64,000 nt of DNA. It comes from Bdellovibrionota bacterium (GTDB taxonomy: Bacteria > Bdellovibrionota_C > UBA2361 > OMII01). The position numbers were made by a program, and so were the translations under genes. Location: assembly GCA_040398075.1 (NCBI GenBank), contig JBBAUR010000011.1:9144-73143 (forward strand). Direction: 5' to 3'. This document shows positions 1 through 8,269 of the stretch, one piece after another (the first letter of the stretch is position 1; each line of letters starts with the position of its first letter). The notes under the pieces were generated by a model. The model saw nothing but the letters and a program-made list of their open reading frames with translations. It was not told where the DNA came from and searched no databases.

Positions 1-100
1 GCTTGGAGGAAAAATCAATAGCCTTCCCGAGCAATTTGCTGATTTCAAAGCCGCCATTCTGAAAGCTTCTTTGCTCATATCAAGCAGTACCGTCCAGAGC

Positions 101-298
101 TAGCCCGCATATTTCATGAAGCCTGCTACTACGAACGCCGATAATGGCGCTTTTTCCGTCCAAAAAACTATTTTCAGACCGGAATGTATCTCGATACGAT
201 TCCGCCCTGAAAATAGTTTTTTGAATTCGCCCTTCGGGCCCGAAAAATCGCCATTCTCGGCGCTCTCGCTACGCAGTTTCATGAAAAATGCGGGCTAG
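101..298. repeat. Imperfect palindrome of about 200 bp (two arms of about 98 bp at roughly 85% identity, centre near 199)
   Basis: The left arm ctagcccgcatatttcatgaagcctgctactacg... matches the reverse complement of the right arm ...cgtagcgagagcgccgagaatggcg...gcgggctag. The six-frame ORFs 100..282(-) and 116..298(+) give mirror-image peptides, which is the signature of a palindrome rather than of genes. Confidence 0.8.
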
Positions 299-440
299 AG
301 TCTTTGATCACACCAAAATTTCTCACGTTCGAGCACATAGGAGTTTGTTGTCTTCTACGGCGCAACTTGGGCAAGCCAAGATTGCGCTCGCCCAGCGATT
401 CTCATTCATTTTTTTCAAAAATGAATGAGGCTGGGTTTAC

Positions 441-794
441 ATGGTTCCCTGGGATACTAGGCACCAGCTCACGATACCGGCTTCGAAGCTTGGCCTACTC
501 AAGGCCCATGATGAAAGGACTCAATTCGTAACGTCGCTCATGGATCGATTTTTTACCCTGTACGGAATGAAACTCAACCGTGAGTTCGAGTTCAATGATC
601 CTGCTGCAGTGTGGTTGCCGCTCTTTGCTCCACAGCAATTCAGCGAGCGTCGAGTGGAGGTTGTGACGAGCGCCGATGGTTTCGGAGCCGTAGTGGAACT
701 GGCCGAAGGTCCCCCCATTATGCTTCACTCCTGTAGGCCGGAGGATACGCACACCATCATCAACGAGCTACTCGTAAAGCTCGACTTGGTGTGA
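441..794 (+). CDS. hypothetical protein (117 aa)
   Basis: Open frame with a coding-like composition, located upstream of cpaB. No motif recognised. Confidence 0.3.
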   Translation: MVPWDTRHQLTIPASKLGLLKAHDERTQFVTSLMDRFFTLYGMKLNREFEFNDPAAVWLPLFAPQQFSERRVEVVTSADGFGAVVELAEGPPIMLHSCRPEDTHTIINELLVKLDLV

Positions 795-978
795 CCGCGA
801 CTGCTCTGTGCATCGAGCTCTCTTTCGTCATTTCAGGTAGTTGTAGCGTGCGGAACGCGCGAAAACGCCGTGATGATACTCAAGGTTGGCCACGTATCGG
901 TCGATAGTGAAGACAGGGATTGGATTTACCGGACTCGAGAGTATGGGGGGTCTCTGAACTGAGACTTCAAAGGGGATT

Positions 979-1971
979 ATGGGGCAAGGTGTCGGTTTCG
1001 GAGGCGTAGGATTCTCGCGAATGCAGCACCAACGTGCGGTGCGCATCGCGGTAGTAATCGCATTTTGCTGTATGTGCGCACTCGCTATCGGTGTTCCCTT
1101 GATGTCAAAACCAGCCGTCGTTGCATCGGTTTCAGTTGCTCCTACACCGATACCACTCATCTCTGTGTGGATGCCAACCCAGCGTATCAGTGCAGGAACG
1201 CTCCTTACCCCTCTCATGTTCAAAAAGGAGACCCTCAGCGAGGTCTCGTTGTCTGCGCTCGGTGGTCGGCCGGTGCAGAGCGAGATGGAGTTAGCTGGAC
1301 GTTACGCACGTTCATTGATCATGCCCGGTCGACCGGTGATGGTTGACCAATTGATGGATACCCCCGAGAGTTTAATCACTCGCAAGATCAGGCCGGGGTA
1401 TCGAGCCGTGACAGTTGAGCTGACCCGCGTCTCAGGAATCGAGGGATGGGGAGTCCCAGGCACCCGAGTTGACGTCATGTGGGTTTCGTCTGCGGATGCT
1501 AAGGAGCAGTTTGTCACCACCATCGTCAAAGGCGCGCAGATCCTGTCAGTGGCCGGAAAAACAGAGCTGCAGAACGCAAATCAGGTTGCCCCGGCAGTCC
1601 TAGCGGGACGGGGTTCCCAGCAGTCGCTGCCCTCGCTCGGTGCGATATCGCCGAATCAAGAGAAGGTCTTTACGGTTTCCTTGCTCGTCACCCCTGAAGA
1701 TGGACAGAAGATCTTTCTCGCTTCTCGGAGCGGTGAGTTGAGTCTGATGTTGCACGGGGACTTCGATGGGCCGCAAGATATCTCAGGGGGTGCGCCGTTC
1801 ACGACGAAGCGTTTATCAGAGGGGCTTTCCTCAGCTACAGAGAAGGGCGAACGGGTCGAGGGTATAGCAAAAGCGCGTCGACAGGATGGTTCGTTCGAAG
1901 AGTGGTCTGTAATAGAGGGGCGAGTGTGGCGATGGGACCAAGGCCCAGAAACGTCGTCTGGACAACCTTAA
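979..1971 (+). CDS. cpaB: Flp pilus assembly protein CpaB/RcpC (SAF domain)
   Basis: N-terminal TM segment. The SAF-like region (RAVTVELTRVSGIEGWGVPGTRVDVMW) followed by a C-terminal RcpC-like region is typical of CpaB. Confidence 0.65.
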   Translation: MGQGVGFGGVGFSRMQHQRAVRIAVVIAFCCMCALAIGVPLMSKPAVVASVSVAPTPIPLISVWMPTQRISAGTLLTPLMFKKETLSEVSLSALGGRPVQSEMELAGRYARSLIMPGRPVMVDQLMDTPESLITRKIRPGYRAVTVELTRVSGIEGWGVPGTRVDVMWVSSADAKEQFVTTIVKGAQILSVAGKTELQNANQVAPAVLAGRGSQQSLPSLGAISPNQEKVFTVSLLVTPEDGQKIFLASRSGELSLMLHGDFDGPQDISGGAPFTTKRLSEGLSSATEKGERVEGIAKARRQDGSFEEWSVIEGRVWRWDQGPETSSGQP

Positions 1972-2048
1972 AAGGTCGAAAGTCTCCGTTGTCCCGGATG
2001 CGCTGTCGGTTTCCGTACTGGAGTCCTCGAGGAATCCCACCTTTTCGT

Positions 2049-2696
2049 GTGCTCGGCGGCTCGGAGAGGGCAACCGTAGTTACCGACGTAGTTATCCTTC
2101 TACCGGTGCTGCTTACGATGATCGCCGGGATGTTCATGCTCGGTACCCGAATATCCGATTACATGTTTCTCAATGCGAGCGCGCGCGAGCTTGGGATGAT
2201 CTTGAGCAAGATTCCTCACATGCACGAGGTTAACCTAGGGGTTCAGGAGGGAGAAACGGTTTTATTTTGGATCAACTTGGGTCCGACTGATCCGGAGAAT
2301 AACCCTCCGCTCAACGCAGCAGCTGTCCAAGCTTGTCTGAACGCATTCGCTAGTCCGGATTATCCAGGATGCTTCGGTGGTAATAGTTGTGGTTGCGCAC
2401 TCGCTGTAGCTCTCTGGTATGCAACTGAGCTGCTACGCTCGAAGTCCTTGATGCTGCACACCAGTAGCTTGTCAGGTAAGGGCCTCAGCGTCGAAGTTGG
2501 ATACAATGCTCGCATCGACCCGCTCACTGGGTTGAGGGATAACGCATCCGGTTTGTGCTTCATCTCTGTAAAGATATACGGAGAGCACTACAGATGGCCG
2601 TTCGTAGGTGGCGGGCAGATCAGTGCCGAGGCGCACGTTCCGTACGTCAGCGAGCCGGTTCATTGGAACGGGGGAAGGTGTAGGCAGACGAACTAG
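2049..2696 (+). CDS. TadE-like pilus assembly protein (pseudopilin-like)
   Basis: A GTG start gives MLGGSERATVVTDVVILLPVLLTMIAGMFMLG, a TadE-like N-terminal hydrophobic segment. It lies immediately after cpaB. Confidence 0.5.
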   Translation: MLGGSERATVVTDVVILLPVLLTMIAGMFMLGTRISDYMFLNASARELGMILSKIPHMHEVNLGVQEGETVLFWINLGPTDPENNPPLNAAAVQACLNAFASPDYPGCFGGNSCGCALAVALWYATELLRSKSLMLHTSSLSGKGLSVEVGYNARIDPLTGLRDNASGLCFISVKIYGEHYRWPFVGGGQISAEAHVPYVSEPVHWNGGRCRQTN

Positions 2697-2721
2697 AGGT
2701 CTAGAGCAGAGGCTATCAGGT

Positions 2722-3483
2722 ATGTCGACACAAGCGCAGCGGTGCCAGAATGGAGCGGTGGTAATCATGTTCTCCATGTACACGGTTGTCTTCGTTGCAC
2801 TCACCGGGTTGGCGGTAAACGTATACTTAATCGGTAACGCCCTGCTGCAGCAGCGTAACGCCGTAGAGTACGTGGCGATGGCAGCGCTCAAGATAGCCAA
2901 GGATCCCTCAATCCCATTCCCAGCCATGTGTACAGCGGATGAACTCTCGCTACTCAACTGCATCCTGGAGCGTGCGGAGGTCGCCGGAAGAGTTGGGGTC
3001 GGGGGCTCTCAGAGCAGCTTTTTCCTTCCGCCAGGACGGCTTCGGTTGGAGGAGCGTAGTAATGACAACTCATGCTGCTCTGCCGTGACGGGCGGAGTTG
3101 ATGGATGCAACGGCCACGATGCCGGTGACTCCGACGATAACGATGATGATGATGATGATGATGATGATTTTTGCTGGCCCGCCTATCAGGTCACGGATGA
3201 ATCATATGCAGAACTGAGCATGGGTCAGTTCAATCCCGATAATAGTGGTCGCGGGAGCTTCTCCGATGCGCTTCCGAATCAGGTAAGGGCGGGTAATTTC
3301 AACTCGATAAAGCTACGTTTTCACTTTCAGGCGAGCACCGAAAATACAAGGATGATCGCACCACTCATCAGTCTTTTTGGAAGCAGCACGTTCGCGGTTT
3401 TTAGCTCCAGTGCAATCGCATACGGCACTCCGAGCGGAGGGATTCACCTCGCAATTGACCCGGACCTGGATACGGGCAACTGA
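2722..3483 (+). CDS. TadE/TadG-like pilus-associated protein with a poly-Asp tract
   Basis: An ATG with an upstream GAGG gives MSTQAQRCQNGAVVIMFSMYTVVFVALTGLAVNVYL, a TadE/TadG-type N-terminus. An internal DSDDNDDDDDDDDD run is present. Confidence 0.5.
   Translation: MSTQAQRCQNGAVVIMFSMYTVVFVALTGLAVNVYLIGNALLQQRNAVEYVAMAALKIAKDPSIPFPAMCTADELSLLNCILERAEVAGRVGVGGSQSSFFLPPGRLRLEERSNDNSCCSAVTGGVDGCNGHDAGDSDDNDDDDDDDDDFCWPAYQVTDESYAELSMGQFNPDNSGRGSFSDALPNQVRAGNFNSIKLRFHFQASTENTRMIAPLISLFGSSTFAVFSSSAIAYGTPSGGIHLAIDPDLDTGN
3142..3168 (+). repeat. (GAT)9 trinucleotide microsatellite inside the TadG-like CDS (encodes poly-Asp)
   Basis: gatgatgatgatgatgatgatgatgat is read directly from the sequence. 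Confidence 0.9.
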
Positions 3484-3484
3484 T

Positions 3485-4555
3485 TCAGCGCTGAGGTGGT
3501 CGCTCTTTCGTTAGCAGACCTTGAGCGCCGTTGAGCGGTGCGAACCGTGCCTGTTTGAAACCCTGATGTTGCGCCAACAGAACTATCTTACCCTGGCGCT
3601 CCTCGAACCACGCTGGGTGCTCGGTCTGTATGGTGTTGTAGAGTTGCATGAGGGTCTTGTAGCGTTTGGTCGATGGCTGTAACAGGACCAGGCCTCCGGC
3701 TCGTAATCCTGCCAGCGCCCCGGTGGCGCTGTCTTCGAGAATTACAACCTTCCGGGGATCTACCTTCAATTTTTCACAGGTGAGTAGGTACGGGTCAGGA
3801 GCTGGTTTCGGTGATATCGGATGAAGATTCGTGTATACCGTCCCTGTTGGATGAAGGAAGTGGCTGGCACCTATGGCATCGCCAAGCATCTGCACGAAAC
3901 CAGCCTCGCCGTTGGTACATCCAGCAACCGGAATCCCCCGGTCCCTTGCCTGTTGGTATATTTCCTGGACCCCTCGAACGATCTTGGCTTTGCCGCAGCT
4001 ATCCCTGCTGGCCTTCAAATCAGCCACCCTCCGAGATGTGTGGGTTACCCAGTCCGACCAGATCTCCTCCGCCGATACATTGATCTCGTAGTGCTCCCGG
4101 AGTTTGTCGGAGATTATCTCGGCCATTTTCCGCTCCGGTTTGTGACGGGCCGGATCGAGGCACATATTGATATCGTTTATTTTAGGATCCGGCGTCAAAG
4201 GATGGGCGGAGAGCCGCGCGGAAATTACCTCCTTGAAGGCCATCTGCCGGATCCCCTCTGATAGTTTTAGAGGGGTCGTGGTCCCATCAAAATCGAGGAT
4301 TATCGCCTGAGTATCGCCCGGGATGATAAAGCTCTCCTGCCGGCACTGGCAGTCCTGAAATATCCGTCCGTCCGGAATCCAATGCCCGCGCTCTACTTCC
4401 AACGGACGTGCCGAGCCTTCGATTATTGTTTGCCTGAACTCGTTACCCTCGGGGAGTGCCGTCTCCGAAAGCGGATTATCGTGGGATTGCCCAAATGCTA
4501 CAGTCTCAAATAGTTCTTGGGCGGGGTTGTGTCGATGAGAATCGGGCGTAGTCAT
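3485..4555 (-). CDS. HAD-superfamily hydrolase with an N-terminal extension
   Basis: HAD motif I (ILDFDGTTT) and motif III/IV (ILEDSATGALAGLRAGG). An N-terminal segment of about 80 aa lies ahead of the DxDGT motif. Confidence 0.6.
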   Translation of the reverse strand: MTTPDSHRHNPAQELFETVAFGQSHDNPLSETALPEGNEFRQTIIEGSARPLEVERGHWIPDGRIFQDCQCRQESFIIPGDTQAIILDFDGTTTPLKLSEGIRQMAFKEVISARLSAHPLTPDPKINDINMCLDPARHKPERKMAEIISDKLREHYEINVSAEEIWSDWVTHTSRRVADLKASRDSCGKAKIVRGVQEIYQQARDRGIPVAGCTNGEAGFVQMLGDAIGASHFLHPTGTVYTNLHPISPKPAPDPYLLTCEKLKVDPRKVVILEDSATGALAGLRAGGLVLLQPSTKRYKTLMQLYNTIQTEHPAWFEERQGKIVLLAQHQGFKQARFAPLNGAQGLLTKERPPQR

Positions 4556-4848
4556 ACTCTAAGCTCTATGGGCAGCAAAAATGTTGCGTTGAGGCACTCT
4601 CTCGTATGTGTCCAAAGAAGCGGACCGAGAGGCACAGTGAAACTGCTCGGCAAGATAAGTCAGTGACAGCTTTGTTCCCTCGAAATGGGAACGCGGGGTC
4701 AACCCGCACCGGAGGACACTCCCCCCAAAGCTTGAGGGAGGCTATCAGAAAGCTGTGGATAACGAAAGGTATCATGAAATAGCCCTTCTTCGATGATCCT
4801 AGTCAGCTCGAGAAGTGATGTAATTCCAATACCAAAAAACGCTAAATA

Positions 4849-6555
4849 GTGAGAAAACATGACCTGATGAGCGGAGAGTGGCTCGACCCGCTGTGGTTTT
4901 GCAGTGGGTTTGGTCTCGTTATGCGGGGCGCGTATCCTCTCGGGCGACTTGCTAAGGTGGCTTCTATCATGTTTCAGCGTCTTTTGATTTCGCAGGTTTG
5001 CTCTCTGGCTGTTGCTCTGCTGTGCTGTATCAACTCAGCTGGTGCGACTCCCTCAACGTCCCCAGAGGTCGTGAGTCGGAGAGGAAAGGTGATCGGCGGA
5101 GCTGGCACGAGCGCTCCAACTCTGACCCTCGAGCAGCCGACTGGAGGCTGGACCTCGAGCTACATGCTGGAGGTCAAGGGGCAGTGTTCAGACCCGACAG
5201 CGGATCCGATCGTGGTATCAATCAATGGGGTTCGCTACTATCTGCGGCCGTCAGGTGGGTCGTTCTCACGAAAGTTCCCAGCAGCGCGTGGTGAAAACAA
5301 CGTCACCGTGGAGTGTGTGAACAGAGGTGGCTCGGCAAAGGTATCCAGGACCATAACCGGTGTCATGCCTCCCGTCCCATTTAAGGTCGTTTTGACGAGC
5401 GACACTGACGGTGTGTACACCGACCTGCACCTCTATGAGCCGGATGGAAGCCATGTGTACTGGGCGAACACCAACTCGCCCTCAGGCGGGATGTTTTTCC
5501 TCAACCAGCAGGGGGATTCCTTTGATCAGCCGGGATACGGGCCATATCTTTACGTACATCCAGCTCCGGGCATCGGGGTGTTTCGCATCGATACGAATTA
5601 CTGGCCAGGAGGTGCAGTGCAGCACACCCTGGCCAGCGTCGACATCGTGACCAACGAAGGTCTTCCGTCGGAGGCCCGTCGGCGTGTGCGCCGGCCTCTA
5701 GCTCGGCCTGGGGAGACACAGACCTTGGCGTACGTTGTCGTGCGACCAAACGGGTTACCGGTCAAGGTGTTCGTTCCTGATCAAGACGATCCAAAGACGA
5801 AGCCGGAAGAGGTTTCGAGGTATCAACGGGAGATCGAGCCGAAATTAAAGGAGCGGTCTTCCGGTGAAGATATGGCTTTCTTACCGCGTGACGACGAGCG
5901 TGTAGTGCGTGACAATGTGGCGCTCGTGGCGCTTGCACAGGCGCAGCGGTCCAGTGTGCGGTGGCAGAGGGAGCAGAGGGATTGTGCCGGGTTGGTTCGC
6001 TTCGCATACAAAGAGGCGGTAAGCCCCCGGACTGCTGTACAGGTACAGGAGATCTTCTATCGTCCGGTTGCCTTCCCGGCGATGAAGTACCCTACGAAGC
6101 TCGTGCTGCCCATGTACCCGACCCTCTGGCACACCGGTTTTGCGAGTGATGGTGGGCCGACATTCGATTTTTTTGCGGACGCCGAGACATTGGTCGGATA
6201 CAATTTTCGATTGAAGGGCAGGGACCTCTCAACGGCGGAAAACGGAGATATCCTCGCGTATAGGAAGGATATCGGGGCAGAGTCTCCGTATCACTTGATG
6301 ATATTTGGTGGTCCAGATGTCAGGCGAGGCGTGGTAGTGTACCACACTGGTAGTGAACCTGATCCCTTGCCCAGGCGCGTAGGTGAAGTGCTCAAGCCGC
6401 TGCCTCCAGCGGTTCGAGTTGTGAGCGTTTCAGAGCTGTCTATGTCGCCCGACCCGATTTGGATGCCGGTGCCCAGTAATCCGCATTTTCTTGGAGTATT
6501 CGAGTGGAAGAGATTCAGGCCCAAGGGGGTAAACCCCGAGCCGTTCGTGTCGTAG
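4849..6555 (+). CDS. A2M-operon accessory protein, apparent fusion of a YfaP-like (DUF2135-like) and a YfaT-like (DUF1175-like) region
   Basis: The N-terminal half contains TDLHLYEPDGSHVYWANTNSPSGGMFFLNQ...GYGPYLY. The C-terminal half contains RDCAGLVRFAYKEA...YHLMIFGG. Both resemble the proteins that flank bacterial A2M (yfaS) genes. The precise start is uncertain. Confidence 0.4.
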   Translation: MRKHDLMSGEWLDPLWFCSGFGLVMRGAYPLGRLAKVASIMFQRLLISQVCSLAVALLCCINSAGATPSTSPEVVSRRGKVIGGAGTSAPTLTLEQPTGGWTSSYMLEVKGQCSDPTADPIVVSINGVRYYLRPSGGSFSRKFPAARGENNVTVECVNRGGSAKVSRTITGVMPPVPFKVVLTSDTDGVYTDLHLYEPDGSHVYWANTNSPSGGMFFLNQQGDSFDQPGYGPYLYVHPAPGIGVFRIDTNYWPGGAVQHTLASVDIVTNEGLPSEARRRVRRPLARPGETQTLAYVVVRPNGLPVKVFVPDQDDPKTKPEEVSRYQREIEPKLKERSSGEDMAFLPRDDERVVRDNVALVALAQAQRSSVRWQREQRDCAGLVRFAYKEAVSPRTAVQVQEIFYRPVAFPAMKYPTKLVLPMYPTLWHTGFASDGGPTFDFFADAETLVGYNFRLKGRDLSTAENGDILAYRKDIGAESPYHLMIFGGPDVRRGVVVYHTGSEPDPLPRRVGEVLKPLPPAVRVVSVSELSMSPDPIWMPVPSNPHFLGVFEWKRFRPKGVNPEPFVS

Positions 6556-8264
6556 TCGTCATCGCACTATTGGCATTCCTTGTTACCTGTGCAGTTATCG
6601 CCGCGGGGCGCTTTCTCACGGGGTATTCCCTGCGTGATGCGTTGTCTCCAGACGTGCCGGTCTTGGAGCTTCACGTCGCCTTCATAGACACCTTCGCCAA
6701 GAAAAGAGAAGTGGCCGACAACGCGCAACGCGATACTGCGGAGACTAAAGGCTCCACTGCGCCGGAGGCTACATCTGCTGAGAACCCCGTCGCTCCTACG
6801 CCGGAGGTATGTCCCGCGGTGGTGGGCGGCGATCTTGGCGCCACGCCACCCAAACGCCGCCGGTACCAGTGGGAGCCGACGCCGGTTCCCTGTCCGTTGA
6901 AGGCCACCTGGCGGGTGTATCGCAATCCGGTCGCTGCCTCGGTGTTCTTGCTTCGAGGCTCGGATGCCCTGGCGTGGTACGACTCTCATCCGAAGGTTGT
7001 GGCGATACGTAACTCTGGATTTTGGAAGGGGCTCATTCGGCAGTTGGCCGATTCGTTGAAGCTGCGTGCCGAAGAGCTTCAGTTAGCTGATTGGAAGGGG
7101 GAGTTCGTCCAACCGCTGCTGCGCGACGCACTCGCTGCAGATGCATCGCTTCACTACGATCTGATTCATGGTCCTGGTGGTTTCGTGTTTGCCTTCGATC
7201 GCACCAAGGCGCATCTGGTCGACAAAGCGTTACCGATCTTGATTCGCGGCTTGGCTACCAATGCGTACGAGATACAGGGTTACGAGCAACCGGTCGTTGA
7301 GATTCGATTTCATGGTCGTGCTCTCTTTGCTACGCAGCTCGGGGATCTCGTGCTCGTGGGCTCCAGCCTCGAAGGCCTACTCAATGTCCTTGGGCAGCGA
7401 CCTTTCGATGTGCCGCAAGGTTCCGGGAGCGTAGTTGCGGTGGTTCGACCCGAGAGCTTTGCCGACAAACTGCTCTCCGCAAGTATCGGTGCTACTGAAT
7501 GGCCGCTCTCCGTTTCGTTCGAGCTATCAGCAACAAAGAGCGAGATCGCAGGTGCTCACGTACCACGCGCACGCGTGTTCGACACGTTTGCTGCCCAGAC
7601 TGCTAGTGGAGTGCTCGCAGCGATTCCCCACGATGTAATGAGTGCGATAGTGCTTAGCTCGCATGTACCTCTGGAGAAACCCGTCAGTGAATGGAGTATG
7701 TCGACTGGCTCGACAGTCTCGGCCTCGGGCCTAGGTCTGGTGTGGGACGTTGTGGGCAAAGAGACACGCCTTGATGTCGGGTTGGCGGTCTTGGCACCTC
7801 CAGCTTCCGCTACCTCAGTCAAGCCGACCGATTTTGTTTCGGGTAAGGGAGTCGCGACTACTTGCGCCGGCGGGGCGGTTTGGATAGCGGCGTCCTCTGA
7901 TGCTCTGTTGGGACGGATGCGCGAATCGTGTGAAACACACTCGCTCTCGATGCGAGATCTGAAGGGATTTGGGGAGGGTAGGCTGGAAGCACAGCAGGTA
8001 TCCCTGATTTTTAACAGCGGTGTGTGGTTACACGAGATGTTTGCTCTGGGCGGCGGGAGTGTAGAGGGTAGCGTTGCTGAGACGATAGATGCTGAATCTG
8101 GTAAAGGTAGCGGCGAAACAGAAAGAGATGCGCGCGAGAGCATAGGTAGAATGCTTGCAGAGATCGCGCCATCCTTACCAGTTATCGGCCTCACGGGACG
8201 ATGGAATGCAGGGGATTCTGATCTGCGTCTAAAGGGATTCATCTCGTCAGATAAGGGGGCGTAG
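6504..8264 (+). CDS. A2M-operon accessory protein (YfaA/YfaQ-like, DUF2138/DUF2300-like), 586 aa
   Basis: Size and position, between the YfaP/T-like gene and the A2M gene, match the yfaA/yfaQ partners of bacterial A2M. The N-terminus has a TM or signal segment. The call rests mainly on gene context. Confidence 0.35.
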   Translation: MEEIQAQGGKPRAVRVVVVIALLAFLVTCAVIAAGRFLTGYSLRDALSPDVPVLELHVAFIDTFAKKREVADNAQRDTAETKGSTAPEATSAENPVAPTPEVCPAVVGGDLGATPPKRRRYQWEPTPVPCPLKATWRVYRNPVAASVFLLRGSDALAWYDSHPKVVAIRNSGFWKGLIRQLADSLKLRAEELQLADWKGEFVQPLLRDALAADASLHYDLIHGPGGFVFAFDRTKAHLVDKALPILIRGLATNAYEIQGYEQPVVEIRFHGRALFATQLGDLVLVGSSLEGLLNVLGQRPFDVPQGSGSVVAVVRPESFADKLLSASIGATEWPLSVSFELSATKSEIAGAHVPRARVFDTFAAQTASGVLAAIPHDVMSAIVLSSHVPLEKPVSEWSMSTGSTVSASGLGLVWDVVGKETRLDVGLAVLAPPASATSVKPTDFVSGKGVATTCAGGAVWIAASSDALLGRMRESCETHSLSMRDLKGFGEGRLEAQQVSLIFNSGVWLHEMFALGGGSVEGSVAETIDAESGKGSGETERDARESIGRMLAEIAPSLPVIGLTGRWNAGDSDLRLKGFISSDKGA

Positions 8265-8269
8265 CGGTC

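Noticed and set aside
100-298. Two 60-aa ORFs on opposite strands (100..282 - and 116..298 +) encoding similar peptides
   Set aside because: They are mirror translations of the two arms of a 200-bp palindrome, a sequence-symmetry artefact rather than genes.
828-1346. ORFs 828..1223(-) and 1065..1346(+) overlapping cpaB
   Set aside because: They overlap a well-supported CDS and are typical high-GC off-frame ORFs.
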